Shown piece after piece: positions 31,759 through 41,514 of a stretch of DNA of 64,000 nucleotides. Where the stretch lies: the NCBI GenBank assembly GCA_963839955.1, contig CAWIXB010000001.1, positions 1,154,826 to 1,218,825 on the forward strand, read 5' to 3'. The DNA is from an uncultured Actinomycetota bacterium (lineage in GTDB: Bacteria > Actinomycetota > Actinomycetes > JACCUZ01). The notes below the pieces were generated by a model. That model made no database searches. It was not told the DNA's origin and saw only the letters and a list, made by a program, of their open reading frames with translations. Position 1 is the stretch's first letter; each line of letters opens with the position of its first letter. A program made the translations under genes and the position numbers.

Positions 31759-32058
31759 TCAGAGGGCGCGGATCAGGGCGGCCGTCGCGGCGGCGACCAC
31801 GACGACGACGATGAACGGCGCGCGCAACAGCAGGGCGACTGCGCCCGCCGCGACACCCGCGAGGCGAGCGTCGATCACCAGGTGGGTGCCGACGGAGAAC
31901 GTCTGCACCGCGGCCAGTGCCGACAGCAGCGCGACGGGGAGCAGGGCCGCGATCCGCTTGACCACGGGGGGCTCGAGCCAGCGCTCCGGCACCGAGAGCC
32001 CGGCGAGCTTGAGCGCGAAGCAGCCGGCCGAGGTGACCAGGATCGCCAGCCAGATCAC
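31759..32058 (-). CDS. azlD: Branched-chain amino acid exporter small subunit AzlD
   Basis: An approximately 99-aa protein with three predicted hydrophobic helices (AzlD-like). Its GTG overlaps the azlC stop (GTGA). Confidence 0.7.
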   Translation of the reverse strand: MIWLAILVTSAGCFALKLAGLSVPERWLEPPVVKRIAALLPVALLSALAAVQTFSVGTHLVIDARLAGVAAGAVALLLRAPFIVVVVVAAATAALIRAL

Positions 32059-32735
32059 GACGCGCCCCTTCGCAGCAGGACGGCGACCACGGGGACGCCT
32101 GCGGACAGCAGCACGGGTACGCCGGCGGGTGTCAGCGGCACGAGCAACAGCGCGACAACCGCGGCGGCAAGGCCCACGACCAAGGCGGACCGCTCGCGCA
32201 GTCGCGGCCACACCAGGGCGAGGAATGCGGCGGGCACTGCCGCGTCCAGCCCGAGGTCGCGCGGGTCACCGAGCACGGTCCCCGCCAGCGCACCGACCAG
32301 CGTGAAGGCATTCCAGAGCACGAAGACGGTCAGCCCGGTCGCCCAGAAGCCGAGCCGTCCGGCGCGAGGACCACTCTCCTCGTGGGCGAGCGCCACGGCT
32401 GTCGTCTCGTCGACCACGAGCTGCGCGCCCACCAGCTTGCGCCACCCCCGCAGCCCGAGCAGCTGCGTCAGCCGCGCTCCGTAGATCACGTTGCGCGCGC
32501 CGAGCAGCAGCGCCGAGGACGAGGCAGACACGAGGCTGCCGCCCGCACCGACCGTCGCGATGAACGCGAACTGCGATCCGCCCGAGAACGTCAGCACGGA
32601 CAAGGCGCAGGTCTGCAGCACCGACAGACCCGACGTGGTGGAGAGGGCGCCGAACGAGAGCCCGTAGGCGCCGGTCGCCGCGCCCACACTGGCCGCGGTC
32701 CGCAGGACCGGACCGCGGGTCTGCGACCAGGTCAC
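32055..32735 (-). CDS. azlC: AzlC-family branched-chain amino acid transport permease
   Basis: Polytopic membrane protein with AzlC signature regions (FSGGSQFAFIA...LLLGARNVIYGARL). Confidence 0.75.
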   Translation of the reverse strand: MTWSQTRGPVLRTAASVGAATGAYGLSFGALSTTSGLSVLQTCALSVLTFSGGSQFAFIATVGAGGSLVSASSSALLLGARNVIYGARLTQLLGLRGWRKLVGAQLVVDETTAVALAHEESGPRAGRLGFWATGLTVFVLWNAFTLVGALAGTVLGDPRDLGLDAAVPAAFLALVWPRLRERSALVVGLAAAVVALLLVPLTPAGVPVLLSAGVPVVAVLLRRGAS

Positions 32736-33298
32736 GGGTGGTCCGGGCCGGGTTGGTCGTCGAACGTGGTGACCAGGCTGACCTGCGGTACGACGACCGT
32801 GCCGTCGCCGTACAGGTCCAGCCGGCGGCGGCCACCGTCGGGGCCCCACCCGGCACCCGCCAGGAAGGCGGTCAGCCGCTCGTCGTCGGCGGTCAGCTGG
32901 GGGACCCACGACGAGGCACGCCGGAACCCGTCGCCGCGCAGGTTGTCGATGCTCGCGTTGAGCAGCCGGGACCCGTGACCGCGGTGCGCGTACGCCGGGT
33001 CGACGCACAGGACGTGCAGCTCGGCGTGCTCTGCCGTAGCGGTGTCGGTCTCGTCGGGGCCGAAGGCGGCGAAACCGACGACCTCACCCGTGTCGACGGC
33101 GACGAGCACGCGGTGGCGCGGCGTCGGCGGGGCGAGGACCGAGTCGCGCCAGCGGTCAGTGGCATCGGTGGAGCCGACGGCGTCGAGCACCTCGGGCGGG
33201 AGCGCCTCGCCGTACGCCGTCCGCCAGGCCGCCGCCTGGACCCGCGCGATGTCGCCGGCGTCCCCCTCGTGCGCCGTACGAACGCTCACGTCAGCCAC
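32732..33298 (-). CDS. GNAT-family N-acetyltransferase
   Basis: HVLCVDPAYAHRGHGSRLL acetyl-CoA-binding motif. Its stop overlaps the azlC start. Confidence 0.7.
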   Translation of the reverse strand: MADVSVRTAHEGDAGDIARVQAAAWRTAYGEALPPEVLDAVGSTDATDRWRDSVLAPPTPRHRVLVAVDTGEVVGFAAFGPDETDTATAEHAELHVLCVDPAYAHRGHGSRLLNASIDNLRGDGFRRASSWVPQLTADDERLTAFLAGAGWGPDGGRRRLDLYGDGTVVVPQVSLVTTFDDQPGPDHP

Positions 33299-33329
33299 GG
33301 CGCGATCTTCGCAGAGGCGCGCGACGGTC

Positions 33330-33770
33330 TCAGGTCTCGGGTGCGAGCTCGGCGCTGTGCCCGCGGAACTCGGCCAGCACCTCGCCGGAGGCCAGCCGCA
33401 CCGTTACGTCGTAGAGGCCGCTGCGGCCCCGCCGATGGCGCTCCAGCGCGTCAGCGACCAGCTCGTCGCCGGCCCGCACGGGGGCCAGGAACGTGATCGC
33501 CGCGGATCGCGCGACGGTGGTGGCGCCGTAGGTGTTGCACGCGAACGCGAACGCGGTGTCGGCCAGCAGGAAGACGTAGCCGCCGTGTGCCATCCCGTGC
33601 CCGTTGATCATCAGGTCGGTGACCGTCATCCGCGCGGTGGCCCGGCCGGGGGCGACGTCGGACACCGCCATGCCGAGGGCCTGCGAGGCGCGGTCCGCGG
33701 CGTACATCGACTCCGCCGCGCGGGCGGCGACCTGCTCGGCGGACGGGCTGGGGTGGTCGTCGGGTGGCAC
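33330..33770 (-). CDS. paaI: PaaI-type hotdog-fold thioesterase (hydroxyphenylacetyl-CoA thioesterase)
   Basis: NGHGMAHGGYVFLLADTAFAFACN core with a catalytic Asp; size 146 aa. Divergent from paaA. Confidence 0.75.
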   Translation of the reverse strand: MPPDDHPSPSAEQVAARAAESMYAADRASQALGMAVSDVAPGRATARMTVTDLMINGHGMAHGGYVFLLADTAFAFACNTYGATTVARSAAITFLAPVRAGDELVADALERHRRGRSGLYDVTVRLASGEVLAEFRGHSAELAPET

Positions 33771-33867
33771 GGCGGCACCCTATGGCAGCGGACGGCGAAT
33801 TCGGCGTGTGACACATGGGCGCCGGGCGGCTGGACTCCTGTAATGCCGACCCCGTAGACTGCGGAGC

Positions 33868-34815
33868 GTGACCACCGACCGGCACGAGCAGGCTTTCCAG
33901 GCCCTCGTCGACGACGACCAACGCATCGAGCCCCGCGACTGGATGCCCGAGGCCTACCGCAAGACCCTGATCCGCCAGATCGCCCAGCACGCCCACTCGG
34001 AGATCATCGGCATGCAGCCCGAGGGCAACTGGATCAGCCGCGCACCCAGCCTGCGCCGCAAGGCGATCCTGCTGGCCAAGGTGCAGGACGAGGCGGGCCA
34101 CGGGCTCTACCTCTACTCCGCGGCCGAGACGCTCGGTGTCGGGCGCGACGAGCTGCTCGACCTGCTGCACGAGGGGCGGCAGAAGTACTCCTCGATCTTC
34201 AACTACCCGACCCTCACCTGGGCCGACGTCGGCGCCATCGGGTGGCTCGTCGACGGCGCCGCCATCGTCAACCAGATCCCCATCTGCCGCTGCTCCTACG
34301 GTCCCTACGCCCGCGCGATGGTGCGCATCTGCAAGGAGGAGTCGTTCCACCAGCGTCAGGGCTTCGAGATCCTGCACACGCTCTCGCACGGCACGCCGGC
34401 GCAGAAGGCGATGGCACAGGACGCCGTCGACCGCTGGTGGTGGCCGTCGCTGATGATGTTCGGCCCGCCCGACGACCAGTCGCCCAACACCGCGCAGTCG
34501 ATGGCGTGGCGCATCAAGCGGTTCTCCAACGACGAGCTGCGCATCAAGTTCGTCGACATGACGGTGCCGCAGTCCGAGGTGCTCGGGCTGACGCTGCCCG
34601 ACCCGGGGATCCGCTGGAACGACGCAACGGGTCACTACGACTTCGGCGACATCGACTGGTCGGAGTTCTTCGAGGTGCTCAAGGGCAACGGTCCCTGCAA
34701 CGAGGCACGCATCGCCAACCGGAAGCGCGCGCACGAGGACGGCGCGTGGGTGCGCGAGGCGGCCACGGCGTACGCCGCGAAGCAGCGGGTCCGTGCGGCT
34801 GGGAGCGCGGCATGA
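33868..34815 (+). CDS. paaA: 1,2-phenylacetyl-CoA epoxidase, catalytic subunit A
   Basis: Ferritin-like di-iron ligands (HAHSEIIG...EAGHG..., EESFHQRQG). Followed by paaBCDE. Confidence 0.9.
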   Translation: MTTDRHEQAFQALVDDDQRIEPRDWMPEAYRKTLIRQIAQHAHSEIIGMQPEGNWISRAPSLRRKAILLAKVQDEAGHGLYLYSAAETLGVGRDELLDLLHEGRQKYSSIFNYPTLTWADVGAIGWLVDGAAIVNQIPICRCSYGPYARAMVRICKEESFHQRQGFEILHTLSHGTPAQKAMAQDAVDRWWWPSLMMFGPPDDQSPNTAQSMAWRIKRFSNDELRIKFVDMTVPQSEVLGLTLPDPGIRWNDATGHYDFGDIDWSEFFEVLKGNGPCNEARIANRKRAHEDGAWVREAATAYAAKQRVRAAGSAA

Positions 34816-35120
34816 GCGACGGCACGCCGGAGGACACGACGCGCGACTGGCCGCTCTGGGAGGTCTTCGTGCGGGCCAGGCGGGGCCTCTCGCACCAGCA
34901 CGTCGGCAGCCTGCACGCACCCGACGCCGCGATGGCGCTGCGCAACGCGCGCGACATCTACACGCGTCGCAACGAGGGCGTCTCGCTGTGGGTGGTGCCG
35001 GCCGTGGCGATCGTCGCGTCCAGCCCCGACGAGAAGGACTCGTTCTTCGACCCGGCCGGTGACAAGGCCTACCGTCACCCGACGTTCTACGACATCCCCG
35101 CCGAGGTGCGCCATCTCTAG
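34812..35120 (+). CDS. paaB: 1,2-phenylacetyl-CoA epoxidase subunit B
   Basis: An approximately 100-aa protein (WPLWEVFVR...[13 protein letters not shown]) typical of PaaB. The ATG overlaps the paaA stop. Confidence 0.88.
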   Translation: MSDGTPEDTTRDWPLWEVFVRARRGLSHQHVGSLHAPDAAMALRNARDIYTRRNEGVSLWVVPAVAIVASSPDEKDSFFDPAGDKAYRHPTFYDIPAEVRHL

Positions 35121-35139
35121 CAAGGCGGCGCATGACAAC

Positions 35140-35895
35140 GTGACGATGCCGGCCGTCGCGACCTATGCGCTGCGGCTCGGCGACGACGCCCTGGTGCTCG
35201 CACAGCGGCTCGGCGGGTGGGTCGCGCGATCACCTCAGCTCGAGGAGGACGTGGCGCTCGGCAACATCGCACTCGACCTGCTCGGCCAGGCGCGCACGCT
35301 GCTGACCCATGCCGGAGAAACCGAGGGCTCGGGACGCAGCGAGGACGACCTCGCCTTCCTGCGAGACGAACGCGACTTCGTGAACGTGCAGATGGTCGAG
35401 CACCCCGGTGACGACTTCGGTGTCGCGATGGCAAGGCAGCTGTTGTTCTCGACCTACCAGCTGGCGCTCTACGAGGGTCTCGAGCACAGCGGCGACGACG
35501 TCCTCGCGGGCGTCGCGGCCAAGGCCGTCAAGGAGGTCGCCTATCACCGCGACCACGCGACCCAGTGGGTGCTGCGACTCGGAGACGGCACCGACGAGTC
35601 GCACGCCCGTATGCAGGCAGGGCTCGCGACCATGTGGCCGTTCGTCGAGGAGCTCTTCACCACCGACGACCTCGAACGGGACCTGGCAGCGCGAGGGGTT
35701 GCCGTCGACGTGACGACGCTGCGTCCGCAGTGGGACTCCTACGTCGACTCTGTGCTCACCGAGGCGACACTCGAGCGGCCGACCTCGCGGTGGACCGCGG
35801 CCGGCGGGCGACGAGGCCTGCACACCGAGTCGTTCGGTCTTCTGCTGGCCGAGATGCAGCACCTGCATCGCTCGCATCCCGGGGCGTCGTGGTGA
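35140..35895 (+). CDS. paaC: 1,2-phenylacetyl-CoA epoxidase subunit C
   Basis: YALRLGDDALVLAQRLGGW N-terminal signature of PaaC. Start ambiguous (GTG 35140 or ATG 35146). Confidence 0.85.
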   Translation: MTMPAVATYALRLGDDALVLAQRLGGWVARSPQLEEDVALGNIALDLLGQARTLLTHAGETEGSGRSEDDLAFLRDERDFVNVQMVEHPGDDFGVAMARQLLFSTYQLALYEGLEHSGDDVLAGVAAKAVKEVAYHRDHATQWVLRLGDGTDESHARMQAGLATMWPFVEELFTTDDLERDLAARGVAVDVTTLRPQWDSYVDSVLTEATLERPTSRWTAAGGRRGLHTESFGLLLAEMQHLHRSHPGASW

Positions 35896-36389
35896 TCGCG
35901 ACTGCCGTCGACGTCGAGCGCGCGCGGGCAGCCGCCGCGCAGGTGCCCGACCCCGAGGTGCCGGTGCTCACCATCGCTGACCTCGGCGTGCTGCGCGACG
36001 TGCACGTCGACGAGCACGGTGGCGTCGTCGTCACCATCACACCGACCTACTCGGGCTGCCCGGCGATGGACACCATTCGGGCCGACATCGAGCAGGCACT
36101 GCTCGCTGCCGGCTTCGCCGACGTCGAGGTCCGCACGGTGCTCTCGCCGGCCTGGTCGACCGACTGGATGAGCGAGGCCGGCCGGCGCAAGCTCGAGGAC
36201 TACGGCGTGGCGCCGCCGACCCCGGCCGCGCGTCGCGGCGGGCCGGTCGCCCTCACCCTGTCGATCCGGTGCCCGCAGTGCAGCAGCGCCGACACCCGCG
36301 AGCTCAGCCACTTCGGCTCGACCGCCTGCAAGTCGCTGTGGTCCTGCAACACCTGCCGCGAGCCGTTCGACCACTTCAAGGCTCTCTAG
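35892..36389 (+). CDS. paaD: Phenylacetate-CoA oxygenase subunit PaaD (PaaJ)
   Basis: DUF59/Fe-S assembly-like N-domain (VPDPEVPVLTIADLGV) and a C-terminal Cys cluster (CPQCSS...CNTC). GTGA overlap with paaC. Confidence 0.85.
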   Translation: MIATAVDVERARAAAAQVPDPEVPVLTIADLGVLRDVHVDEHGGVVVTITPTYSGCPAMDTIRADIEQALLAAGFADVEVRTVLSPAWSTDWMSEAGRRKLEDYGVAPPTPAARRGGPVALTLSIRCPQCSSADTRELSHFGSTACKSLWSCNTCREPFDHFKAL

Positions 36390-36392
36390 CCG

Positions 36393-37508
36393 ATGACGAC
36401 CACACTTCCGGGGCAGTCCCTGTCCGGTCGCCGGCACGGCGTCTTCCACGCCTTGCAAGTGGCCGGCGTCGAGCGCCTCACCGACGACTCCGTGGCCGTC
36501 ACGTTCGACGTCCCAGACGAGCTGCGCGACGACTACTCGTTCAGCGCCGGGCAGCACCTCACGCTGCGCACCGAGGTCGACGGCATCGAGGTGCGCCGCA
36601 ACTACTCGATCTGCGCGCCGGCGACGAGCGGGCGTCTGCGCGTCGCCGTCAAGCGTCTCGAGGGTGGTGCGTTCTCGGCGTACGCGACCCGCACCATGCG
36701 CGCCGGCGACACCCTCGAGGTGATGACGCCCACCGGCCGGTTCTCGCCGCACCTCGACCCACTGGCGACGAAGCACTACTGCATGCTCGCGGTAGGCAGC
36801 GGCATCACGCCCGTGCTCTCGATCCTGATGACCGTGCTCGAGGTCGAGCCCCAAAGCACGTGCACGCTCATCTACGGCAACCGCACCACCGGCTCGGTGA
36901 TGTTCCTCGACGAGCTCGCCGACCTCAAGGACCGCTACCCGACGCGGTTCCGCCTGGTGCACGTGCTCTCCCGCGAGGTGCAGGACGTCGACCTCTTCTC
37001 CGGGCGCATCGACCCCACCAAGCTGCGCCGGCTGATGGAGACGGTCGTGCCCCCCGGGACGGTCGACGAGTGGTGGCTCTGCGGGCCGTTCGCCATGGTC
37101 GAGGCCGCCCGCGAGACTCTGATCGAGGCGGGTGTCGACACCACCCACGTGCATGTGGAGCTCTTCCACGTCGAGGGCGAGGCGCCCCGTGAGGCGGTCG
37201 ACGCCACGCCGGGGGAGCGGGCGGAGGGCAGCAGCTCGGTCACCGTCGTCCTCGACGGGCGGGCGTCGACACTTGATGTGCCGCGTGGTGGCGTGCGCAT
37301 CCTCGACGCGGCGCTGACGGTGCGTAGCGACGCGCCGTTCGCCTGCAAGGGCGGGGTGTGCGGCACCTGCCGCGCCCGGCTCGTCTCCGGCGAGGTGGAG
37401 ATGGAGCGCCACTACGCCCTGGAGCAGGACGAGATCGACGCCGGTTTCGTGCTCGCCTGCCAGTCACATCCGGTCACCGACGAAGTCACCCTGGACTTCG
37501 ACCAATAG
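36393..37508 (+). CDS. paaE: Phenylacetate-CoA oxygenase/reductase subunit PaaE (FNR-like reductase with 2Fe-2S ferredoxin domain)
   Basis: FAD-binding RNYSIC, NAD-binding domain, and the C-terminal CKGGVCGTC...C plant-type ferredoxin motif. Confidence 0.9.
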   Translation: MTTTLPGQSLSGRRHGVFHALQVAGVERLTDDSVAVTFDVPDELRDDYSFSAGQHLTLRTEVDGIEVRRNYSICAPATSGRLRVAVKRLEGGAFSAYATRTMRAGDTLEVMTPTGRFSPHLDPLATKHYCMLAVGSGITPVLSILMTVLEVEPQSTCTLIYGNRTTGSVMFLDELADLKDRYPTRFRLVHVLSREVQDVDLFSGRIDPTKLRRLMETVVPPGTVDEWWLCGPFAMVEAARETLIEAGVDTTHVHVELFHVEGEAPREAVDATPGERAEGSSSVTVVLDGRASTLDVPRGGVRILDAALTVRSDAPFACKGGVCGTCRARLVSGEVEMERHYALEQDEIDAGFVLACQSHPVTDEVTLDFDQ

Positions 37509-37535
37509 ACCGGCTCGGGGTGACTACGATCTCTG

Positions 37536-38348
37536 GTGATGACGACGACCAAACCCGACGCCCAGTATGAAGATCTGCTCCGCCACGTCCTGTGCAGCGG
37601 AAGCCGGAAGTCCGACCGCACCGGCACCGGCACCCGCAGCGTCTTCGGCCACCAGATGCGCTTCGATCTCTCGCAGGGGTTCCCGCTCATCACGACCAAG
37701 CGCGTCCACTTCCGCTCCATCGGCTTCGAGCTCCTCTGGTTCCTGCGCGGCGAGGGCAACGCCTCCTGGCTCCAGGAGAACGGCGTGAGCATCTGGGACG
37801 AGTGGGCAGCGCCCGACGGCGACCTGGGGCCGGTCTACGGCGTCCAGTGGCGGTCGTGGCCGACCCCTGACGGCGGCCACGTCGACCAGATCGCCGGCGT
37901 GCTCGACCAGCTCCGGACCAACCCTGACTCCCGGCGGATGGTCGTGTCGGCGTGGAACGTCGGGGACATCCCGGCCATGGCGCTGCCGCCGTGCCACGCC
38001 TTCTTCCAGTTCTACGTTGCCGAAGGACGGCTGTCCTGCCAGCTCTACCAGCGCAGCGCCGACCTGTTCCTCGGCGTCCCGTTCAACATCGCCAGCTATG
38101 CCCTGCTCGTGCACATGGTCGCCCAGCAGGTCGACCTCGAGGTGGGCGACTTCGTCTGGACCGGCGGCGACTGCCACATCTACGACAACCACCTCGACCA
38201 GGTGCGGGAGCAGATCTCGCGCGAGGTCTATGCCTTTCCGCGCATCGAGATCCGCCGTGCGAAGTCCCTGTTCGACTACACCTACGAGGACTTTCGGCTC
38301 GTCGACTACCGGCACCACCCGGCCCTGAGGGCCCCGGTCGCAGTGTGA
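37536..38348 (+). CDS. thyA: Thymidylate synthase
   Basis: [10 protein letters not shown], active-site [18 protein letters not shown] and SYALL motifs. Confidence 0.96.
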   Translation: MMTTTKPDAQYEDLLRHVLCSGSRKSDRTGTGTRSVFGHQMRFDLSQGFPLITTKRVHFRSIGFELLWFLRGEGNASWLQENGVSIWDEWAAPDGDLGPVYGVQWRSWPTPDGGHVDQIAGVLDQLRTNPDSRRMVVSAWNVGDIPAMALPPCHAFFQFYVAEGRLSCQLYQRSADLFLGVPFNIASYALLVHMVAQQVDLEVGDFVWTGGDCHIYDNHLDQVREQISREVYAFPRIEIRRAKSLFDYTYEDFRLVDYRHHPALRAPVAV

Positions 38349-38839
38349 CCGTCGCCCTCGTCTGGGCGCAGGCGGCGAACGGTGTCATCGGCCAGGACGG
38401 AACGCTGCCCTGGCATCTTCCCGAGGACCTGGCGCGCTTCCGGGCGCTCACCATGGGCTCGACCGTCGTGATGGGGCGGCGCACGTGGGAATCGCTGCCG
38501 GCCCGGTTCCGGCCCCTTCCGGGCCGCCGCAACATCGTGCTCACCCGCCGGCCCGACTGGCAGGCGCCCGGCGCCGAGGTCGCGGGTTCGCTCGACGACG
38601 CACTCGGCCAGGTGTCGGGCGACGCGTGGGTGATCGGCGGGGCGAGTGTCTACCTGTCCGCGTTGGACCGTGCGGAACGCGTCGTGGTCACCGAGCTGGC
38701 GGAGGCCTTCGAGGGTGACGTATACGCGCCGCGGCTCGACGACACCTGGCGCCAGTACGCCCGGGACCCCGACGTCGGCTGGCACGCGTCCAGCACCGGC
38801 CTGCGCTACCGGGTAACCACGTTCACGCGAGTAGGTTAG
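38345..38839 (+). CDS. folA: Dihydrofolate reductase
   Basis: [36 protein letters not shown] is a canonical DHFR N-terminus. GTGA overlap with thyA. Confidence 0.92.
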   Translation: MTVALVWAQAANGVIGQDGTLPWHLPEDLARFRALTMGSTVVMGRRTWESLPARFRPLPGRRNIVLTRRPDWQAPGAEVAGSLDDALGQVSGDAWVIGGASVYLSALDRAERVVVTELAEAFEGDVYAPRLDDTWRQYARDPDVGWHASSTGLRYRVTTFTRVG

Positions 38840-38844
38840 GGGCC

Positions 38845-39753
38845 ATGGCCACTACCACCACAGCCACCGAAGCGTTCGGCCGAGTGCTCACCGCCATGGT
38901 GACGCCGTTCACCGCCGACGGGTCCCTCGACCTCGACGGCGCCCAGCACCTCGCCAGCCACCTTGTCGACCGGGGCTGCGACGGGCTCGTCCTCAGCGGC
39001 ACGACGGGTGAGTCCGCGACGACGACCGACAGCGAGAAGGAGCGGCTCGTCTCGGCGGTGCTCGAGGCGGTCGGTGACCGCGCCCGTGTGGTGGCCGGCG
39101 TCGGCACCAACGACACCCGCCATACCGTCGAGCTCGCACGCGCCGCGGAGAAGACCGGCGCCCACGGGCTGCTGGTCGTCACGCCCTACTACAACAAGCC
39201 GCCGCAGGAGAACCTGGTCCGCCACTTCGAGATGGCGGCGGACGCCACCGGACTGCCGGTGATGCTCTACGACATCCCCGCCCGCACCGGCACCCCGATC
39301 GCCACCGACTCGCTGCTGCGCCTCGGCGGCCACGAGCGCATCCTGGCCGTCAAGGACGCCAAGGGTGACCTGTTCGCCGGCTCGCGCGTCATGTCCGAGA
39401 CCGGCCTCGCCTACTACTCCGGCGACGACGCCCTCAACCTGCCGTGGCTCGCGCTCGGCGCGGTGGGCGTGATCAGCGTCGTGGCCCATGTGGCCGCGGC
39501 GGAGTACGCCGAGATGCTCGGCGCCGTCGAGCGAGGCGACCTCGACACCGCCCGACGACTGCACCGACAGCTGCTGCCGGTCGTGGCCGCGGTGATGTCG
39601 CCGTCGAGCCAGGGCGCGATCACCTCGAAGGCGCTCGTCGCCCGGCTCGGCGTGATCGGGTCGTCCACCATGCGCCCACCGTTGTTCGCCGCCTCCGAGG
39701 ACCAGGTCGACGCACTGCGCGCCGTGCTCGCGGGGTCGGGGCTCGACGCGTGA
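38845..39753 (+). CDS. dapA: 4-hydroxy-tetrahydrodipicolinate synthase
   Basis: GTTGES, the YNKP region and the Schiff-base Lys region (ILAVKDAKGD). Confidence 0.93.
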   Translation: MATTTTATEAFGRVLTAMVTPFTADGSLDLDGAQHLASHLVDRGCDGLVLSGTTGESATTTDSEKERLVSAVLEAVGDRARVVAGVGTNDTRHTVELARAAEKTGAHGLLVVTPYYNKPPQENLVRHFEMAADATGLPVMLYDIPARTGTPIATDSLLRLGGHERILAVKDAKGDLFAGSRVMSETGLAYYSGDDALNLPWLALGAVGVISVVAHVAAAEYAEMLGAVERGDLDTARRLHRQLLPVVAAVMSPSSQGAITSKALVARLGVIGSSTMRPPLFAASEDQVDALRAVLAGSGLDA

Positions 39754-41435
39754 GCCACCCCCACCCGGAGCTCGAAGCACCGCCCGAGCTCGGTGAGGGC
39801 GGCCTGCGCGTCGTCGCCCTAGGTGGGCTCGGCGAAGTCGGCCGGAACATGACCGTCTTCGAGTACGGCGGCCGGCTGCTGATCGTCGACTGCGGCGTGC
39901 TCTTCCCGGAGGACTTCCAGCCGGGTGTCGACCTGATCCTGCCCGACTTCGACTACATCAGGGACAAGCTCGACCGCGTCGATGCGATCGTGCTCACGCA
40001 CGGGCACGAGGACCACATCGGCGCCGTGCCCTTCCTGCTCCGCGAGAAGCCCGACATCCCGTTGCTCGGGTCGCGGCTGACCCTGGCGCTGCTCGAGGCC
40101 AAGCTGCAGGAGCACCGCATCAAGCCCTTCACCCTCGAGGTGGCCGAGGGCGATCGTGAGCGGCTCGGACCCTTCGACTGCGAGTTCATCGCGGTCAACC
40201 ACTCCATCCCCGACGCGCTCGCAGTCGCCATCCGGACCCCGGCCGGCGTGATCCTGCACACCGGCGACTTCAAGATGGACCAGCTCCCGCTCGACGGCCG
40301 CATCACCGACCTGCGCGCGTTCGCCCGGCTCGGGGAGGAGGGCGTCGACCTCTTCCTGACCGACTCGACGAACGCCGAGGTGCCCGGTTTCACGATGCCC
40401 GAGCGCGACATCACCCCGGCGATCGACCGGGTGTTCACGACCGCGACCCGGCGCATCATCGTCGCCAGCTTCGCCAGCCACGTGCACCGCATCCAGCAGG
40501 TGCTCGACGCTGCCGCCAAGCACCGGCGCAAGGTCGCGTTCGTGGGCCGCTCGATGGTGCGCAACATGGGGATCGCCCGCGACCTCGGCTATCTCAAGGT
40601 GCCGGGCGGGCTCGTCGTCGAGGTGAAGCAGCTCGACGACCTGCCCGACGAGCAGGTCGTCCTGGTCTGCACGGGCTCGCAGGGCGAGCCGATGGCGGCG
40701 CTGTCGCGGATGGCCAGCCGCGACCACCAGATCAGGGTGGGAGAAGGCGACACCGTGCTGTTGGCGTCGTCGCTGATCCCCGGAAACGAGAACGCCGTCT
40801 ACCGCGTCATCAACGGCCTCACCCGGTGGGGTGCCAAGGTCGTGCACAAGGGCAACGCGATGGTCCACGTCTCGGGCCACGCGAGCGCCGGTGAGCTGCT
40901 CTACTGCTACAACGTCGTGCAGCCGAGCAATGTCATGCCGGTGCACGGTGAGTGGCGCCATCTGCGCGCCAACGCCGACCTCGCGATCGCGACGGGCGTG
41001 TCCCGCGACCGGGTCGTCATGGCCGAGGACGGCGTCGTCGTCGACCTGGTCGACGGCCGGGCGAGCATCGTCGGCGCGGTGCCGTGCGGCTACGTCTACG
41101 TCGACGGCTCCAGCGTCGGCGACGTCACCGACGCCTCGCTCAAGGACCGCCGCATCCTGCGCGACGAGGGCTTCATCTCGGTCGTCGTGGTCGTCGACTC
41201 GGTCACCGGCAAGGTCTCCGGCGGCCCCGAGATCCATGCGCGCGGGTTCGCGGAGGACGACTCGGTCTTCGAGGCGGTGCGCCCGCTGGTCGAGGAGGCG
41301 CTGGCCAAGGCCGCGCAGGAGGGTGTCGGCGACGCCCACCAGCTCCAACAGCTGGTACGCCGGGTGGTCGGCCGCTGGGTGAGCGACACCTACCGACGCC
41401 GCCCGATGATCATCCCGCTCGTCGTCGAGGTCTGA
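39750..41435 (+). CDS. rnj: Ribonuclease J (metallo-beta-lactamase / beta-CASP family)
   Basis: HxHxDH motif (LTHGHEDHIGAVP), beta-CASP motifs and a C-terminal domain. Follows dapA as in mycobacteria. GTG 39750 overlaps the dapA stop. Confidence 0.9.
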   Translation: MSHPHPELEAPPELGEGGLRVVALGGLGEVGRNMTVFEYGGRLLIVDCGVLFPEDFQPGVDLILPDFDYIRDKLDRVDAIVLTHGHEDHIGAVPFLLREKPDIPLLGSRLTLALLEAKLQEHRIKPFTLEVAEGDRERLGPFDCEFIAVNHSIPDALAVAIRTPAGVILHTGDFKMDQLPLDGRITDLRAFARLGEEGVDLFLTDSTNAEVPGFTMPERDITPAIDRVFTTATRRIIVASFASHVHRIQQVLDAAAKHRRKVAFVGRSMVRNMGIARDLGYLKVPGGLVVEVKQLDDLPDEQVVLVCTGSQGEPMAALSRMASRDHQIRVGEGDTVLLASSLIPGNENAVYRVINGLTRWGAKVVHKGNAMVHVSGHASAGELLYCYNVVQPSNVMPVHGEWRHLRANADLAIATGVSRDRVVMAEDGVVVDLVDGRASIVGAVPCGYVYVDGSSVGDVTDASLKDRRILRDEGFISVVVVVDSVTGKVSGGPEIHARGFAEDDSVFEAVRPLVEEALAKAAQEGVGDAHQLQQLVRRVVGRWVSDTYRRRPMIIPLVVEV

Positions 41436-41514
41436 CCCTCGCCCGGCGACACGCCGCTCTCGTGTGGCGGCTGTGACTGGTGGTGCAGGGGTGACTCACG
41501 GGTACGCTCCCAGA

